Source: Camelus dromedarius (taxonomy: Eukaryota). Taken from it: a stretch of 64,000 nucleotides of DNA. Below the pieces are notes generated by a model, which searched no databases, was not told where the DNA came from, and worked only from the letters and a program-made list of their open reading frames with translations. Location of the stretch: assembly GCF_036321535.1 (NCBI RefSeq), contig NC_087436.1, forward strand, positions 41,728,001 to 41,792,000, given 5' to 3'. The first letter of the stretch is position 1; every line of letters starts with the position of its first letter. Positions 62,640 through 64,000 of the stretch are shown one piece after another. Both the position numbers and the translations under genes were made by a program.

Positions 62640-62960
62640 TGGCTTACTCTGTGCCGAGTGCAGTGCTTGGCAGGAGATACAGGAGTAAGCTGAGTAAAGA
62701 AAAATGATCCCCCCATAAATCATATTCTCTGTATGAAGAATATATAGACATGTAAAAATAAAATAAGGTTTATTGCTGTAACCATAAATAAACAAGATGA
62801 TGAGAAGATGTTGCCCTGGGAGGGAAAAAAAGATACAGTGAATGATCAAATCATTCATCTTTTAGCAGGTGATATTTCAGCTGAAACCCAAATGATAAGA
62901 AAGGGCCATCGTGAGAAAATCTGGAGAAAAAGTATTTCAGACAAAGACAGGCAAAGAATC
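62640..62960 (-). mobile_element. L2 3' part
   Basis: gcttactctgtgccgagtgcagtgcttgg...caggtgatatttcagctgaaaccca...atctggagaaaaagtatttcagacaaag. Confidence 0.75.
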
Positions 62961-63498
62961 TCTAGACACATAGTCACTAGGAGAAAACCGCTTTGCTTAT
63001 TTTATGACTTCTAATCCCCTCTTTTCTGATGCAGTCTAGATTTTTTTTTCACCTAAAGTGTTAAGTCTCAGAGATATGTATATTTTCAACTAATTTTTAA
63101 CAAAGTCAAATGCAGGAAAATTACAATTTCCTGTGATTCGATGCCTTGGTTCAATTCATGCAGCCTGAGATTACATTAGCCTTTTTAGCAGTCATATCAC
63201 ATTGCTGATTCGTATTAATGAAGCACCATTTTCAGTACAATTTTCAAAAATAATTTTTACCAGGTAATTAGTTTCATCAACATGACGCCTTTCCCTTGCA
63301 CTCTTGGGATTAACTAAAATAGGGAATTGGGACTTTTGCAACAGAATTATATTAATAGTTATAATTAACACCAAAAAACTTTATGTCAGTTGCTGTTCTA
63401 TGAGTCTGGAAAATCTTTCTGTTCTCTGCAAACAAATTCTAAGTTTTTATTGGTGTTTGCCTGCCGGTTTACAATAACTGGAGATAGAGCAGTCTTTC

Positions 63499-64000
63499 TG
63501 TTAGAGCAGACAGATAGCTAGATATGAGCAGAGAAAGGGAGACACAGGCCAAATGCCAGGAATTGGGCAGAAAGGAGCGACACAAGCCAAATTCAGGAAA
63601 CCACACACCATGTAAGCACCAGGGGTCCCTGGGAAGAGAAAGAAAAGCAGGAATCTCTGGGCTGGTGGGGTGATGAGCGAGCGGCCTGCAGGCCAACAAA
63701 GAAATGTGGGAAAAGGCAGGAATCTCCAGTGTTTGAATGTAACCTTTTGCTCATTATGCCCTCATTTCAATAAAATTAACCTTGCAGATTAAAAGTACCC
63801 ATCATGCACAGATGCCATGACACTTCCGATCCAGATAAATAAGGACAGAAATCCCTCCTTCCTTTGGAAAGATGGAATTTGGATGAAAATCAGGGAATAC
63901 GACCCCAAATCCTTCCCTCCCTAATGAAGATTCTGCCCATTCGGTTTTACTCTATGTAACCAACTTACCAAAGAAACTCAGGGCAGCTGCTCACCTGAGC
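63499..64000 (+). mobile_element. ERV1 LTR (MER50-like start), relatively young, cut by the window end
   Basis: Begins tgttagagcagacagatagctagatatgagcag; GC-richer with retained CpGs and U3-type internal direct repeats. Confidence 0.8.

Noticed and set aside
62325..62858. Longest ORF in the track (177 aa, minus strand)
   Set aside because: Runs through an L2 remnant and a (TG)n tract, has AT-driven I/F/Y/N-rich composition and no recognisable domain; a chance ORF.
1..64000. Using repeat strand bias to infer host-gene orientation; search for NUMT, processed pseudogene or non-retroviral viral insert
   Set aside because: L1 and LTR orientations are mixed and too few to be informative, and I recognised no mitochondrial, mRNA-derived or non-retroviral viral sequence.

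Overview
AT-rich, CpG-poor mammalian genomic DNA, either a gene desert or a large intron, roughly half of it decayed transposable elements. It is most likely camelid (camel/alpaca/llama): the single young SINE at 15191-15332 is a tRNA-derived Vic-1-type element, and several cetartiodactyl-type L1 3' ends are present. I see no intact protein-coding gene, tRNA/rRNA gene, CRISPR array or prokaryotic feature. The short ORFs in the track are noise or fossil fragments of L1 ORF2, ERVL pol and ERV1 gag. Recognisable content: MIR and L2 remnants; old L1M fragments; younger L1 3' ends with target-site duplications (TSDs); DNA transposons MER45A, MER33 and a MER2-like composite; several solo LTRs; an ERVL (LTR16-type) LTR+pol remnant; and a cluster of ERV1 (MER4-group) remnants at 43.5-52.3 kb. 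The best leads are a CpG-retaining candidate 3'-terminal exon at 39280-~39700, an L1MC element whose 5' end is fused directly to its 3' end, a possible chimeric L1 insertion, a 31-bp exact non-tandem duplication, and two divergently oriented ERV leaders sharing one splice-donor block. Family names come from my recall of Repbase/Dfam-type consensus sequences, not from a search, and boundaries of old repeats are approximate. I cannot support a claim of a wholly new biological system.
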